NCBI RefSeq assembly: GCF_001194135.2
Contig: NC_068986.1
Span: forward strand, 80,147,027 to 80,181,954
Source: Octopus bimaculoides
Lineage: Eukaryota
Direction of reading: 5' to 3'
DNA: 34,928 nt
The notes beneath the pieces are model-generated. The model saw only the letters and a program-made list of their open reading frames with translations. It was not told where the DNA came from and searched no databases. Made by a program: the position numbers and the translations under genes. Below are positions 33,749 through 34,928 of the stretch, one piece after another (position 1 is the first letter of the stretch; every line of letters begins with the position of its first letter).

Positions 33749-33859
33749 TATCCAGATATCATATATTACTATTAAAAACTATGTAAGAGAGTTCTAGCAA
33801 TCAGACAATAACTCACTCTTTTGAAATCAACTCACCTGATACCGTCTCTGATTCTGTGA

Positions 33860-34316
33860 GACAAACTTCCAGTTTTAAAGTGATCTGAATTAAAACCTTC
33901 CTTTATAATTTTCTTATTAAAATTGTTGCAGACACTTGGTTTAAAAAAATGATAAAGTTATTTTAGTAAATTCTACGTTATTTAAAAAAAATTATTGAAA
34001 CAAAGGCAGTATATATCAACAGGCATTCTCTCTGCGATAGACTCAAGGTGCCTGAATTTTTTCGTCACATTTTCTCGTCATACTATAATTTTGCTGACAC
34101 AGCTACTTCAACATTGTTTGAAGAAGCTGAGATTAAGGACGACAAAACGAAGGAGTTAATCGATACCAACCCCCGTTATACGACCAGGTAACCGCAGATA
34201 TTCCGCAAATAAAGTATCTGCATCAACTTGGTTACGTAATTAGGCTCAGTGTTTGATAAAGTTATTTTAGTAAATTCTACGTTATTTCTAAAAATTAATT
34301 GAAACAAAGGCAGTTT
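33860..34316. repeat. Two copies of an AT-rich repeat segment (direct repeat of about 58 bp)
   Basis: aaagttattttagtaaattctacgttattt...attgaaacaaaggcagt at about 33954-34011 and 34258-34314. Recalled as part of a common octopus interspersed repeat; class not established. Confidence 0.6.
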
Positions 34317-34399
34317 GACAAAATCTAATATCGTCTTCCCACTCAATTATGTTTGCTGATCCCATCAAACAAGCATGAAGCATGGACAACGAGCGAGCA

Positions 34400-34545
34400 T
34401 TTACGTGATCACTCGACCTAACAGAAATAGCAGTCAAATCTCTCCAAAATGACACGTGAAAAAAATGAAAATGTCACAAATGGAATGTGATGAATCATGT
34501 CTGTTCAATGAGCGTTGACCAGAGGCTGAACCTCACCTAACCCAC
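34400..34545 (+). mobile_element. Family C repeat copy
   Basis: cacgtgatcactcgacctaacagaaatagcagtcaaatctc...ttgaccagaggctgaac. Confidence 0.6.
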
Positions 34546-34738
34546 CCCACAAAAACCTAGTATTATAACTGACTGTTCCCTCATTTAAAAATCATACCTT
34601 TAAAAAGTTAGTATTCGGTTTCAAATACATGGAGGGTAGGAAATAAATTATCTAACTTTTTTTCCATTTTAATTTGTTTTTTTTTTAAACATTTAAGTAT
34701 TATGCTCTATGAATCAGACTGTTAATTTTTATAAATTT

Positions 34739-34810
<72 letters not shown>

Positions 34811-34869
34811 GTGTATACATATACATATACAGAGACACACACACACATATACATACATATATGTATATA

Positions 34870-34914
<45 letters not shown>

Positions 34915-34928
34915 ACATAATACATACA

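Overview
Eukaryotic, AT-rich, repeat-dominated DNA with seven N gaps (about 2.6 kb) and many microsatellites. The repeat families and microsatellite load look like an octopus genome; this is recalled family resemblance, not a database result. I can support no intact host gene, rRNA, tRNA or CRISPR array, and most listed ORFs are microsatellite or gap artefacts. The window holds about 35 SINE-like copies in four families and Penelope-like retroelement (PLE) pieces: an RT N-terminus, three related pseudo-LTR/3' ends with hammerhead-like motifs, and one inverted duplication. It also holds two R4/Dong-type RLE LINE 3' ends set in trinucleotide microsatellites, a decayed hAT (Charlie/Buster-type) transposon apparently nested in an older hAT, a decayed mariner, a DD37E Tc1 fragment and a mariner MITE. 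The cleanest structure is a 568-bp MITE with perfect 37-bp TIRs, an 8-bp TSD, inner inverted repeats and a central (TTAGGG)5. I found no convincing new biological system; the findings concern mobile-element architecture, hairpins and a few weak exon candidates. SINE boundaries are approximate.
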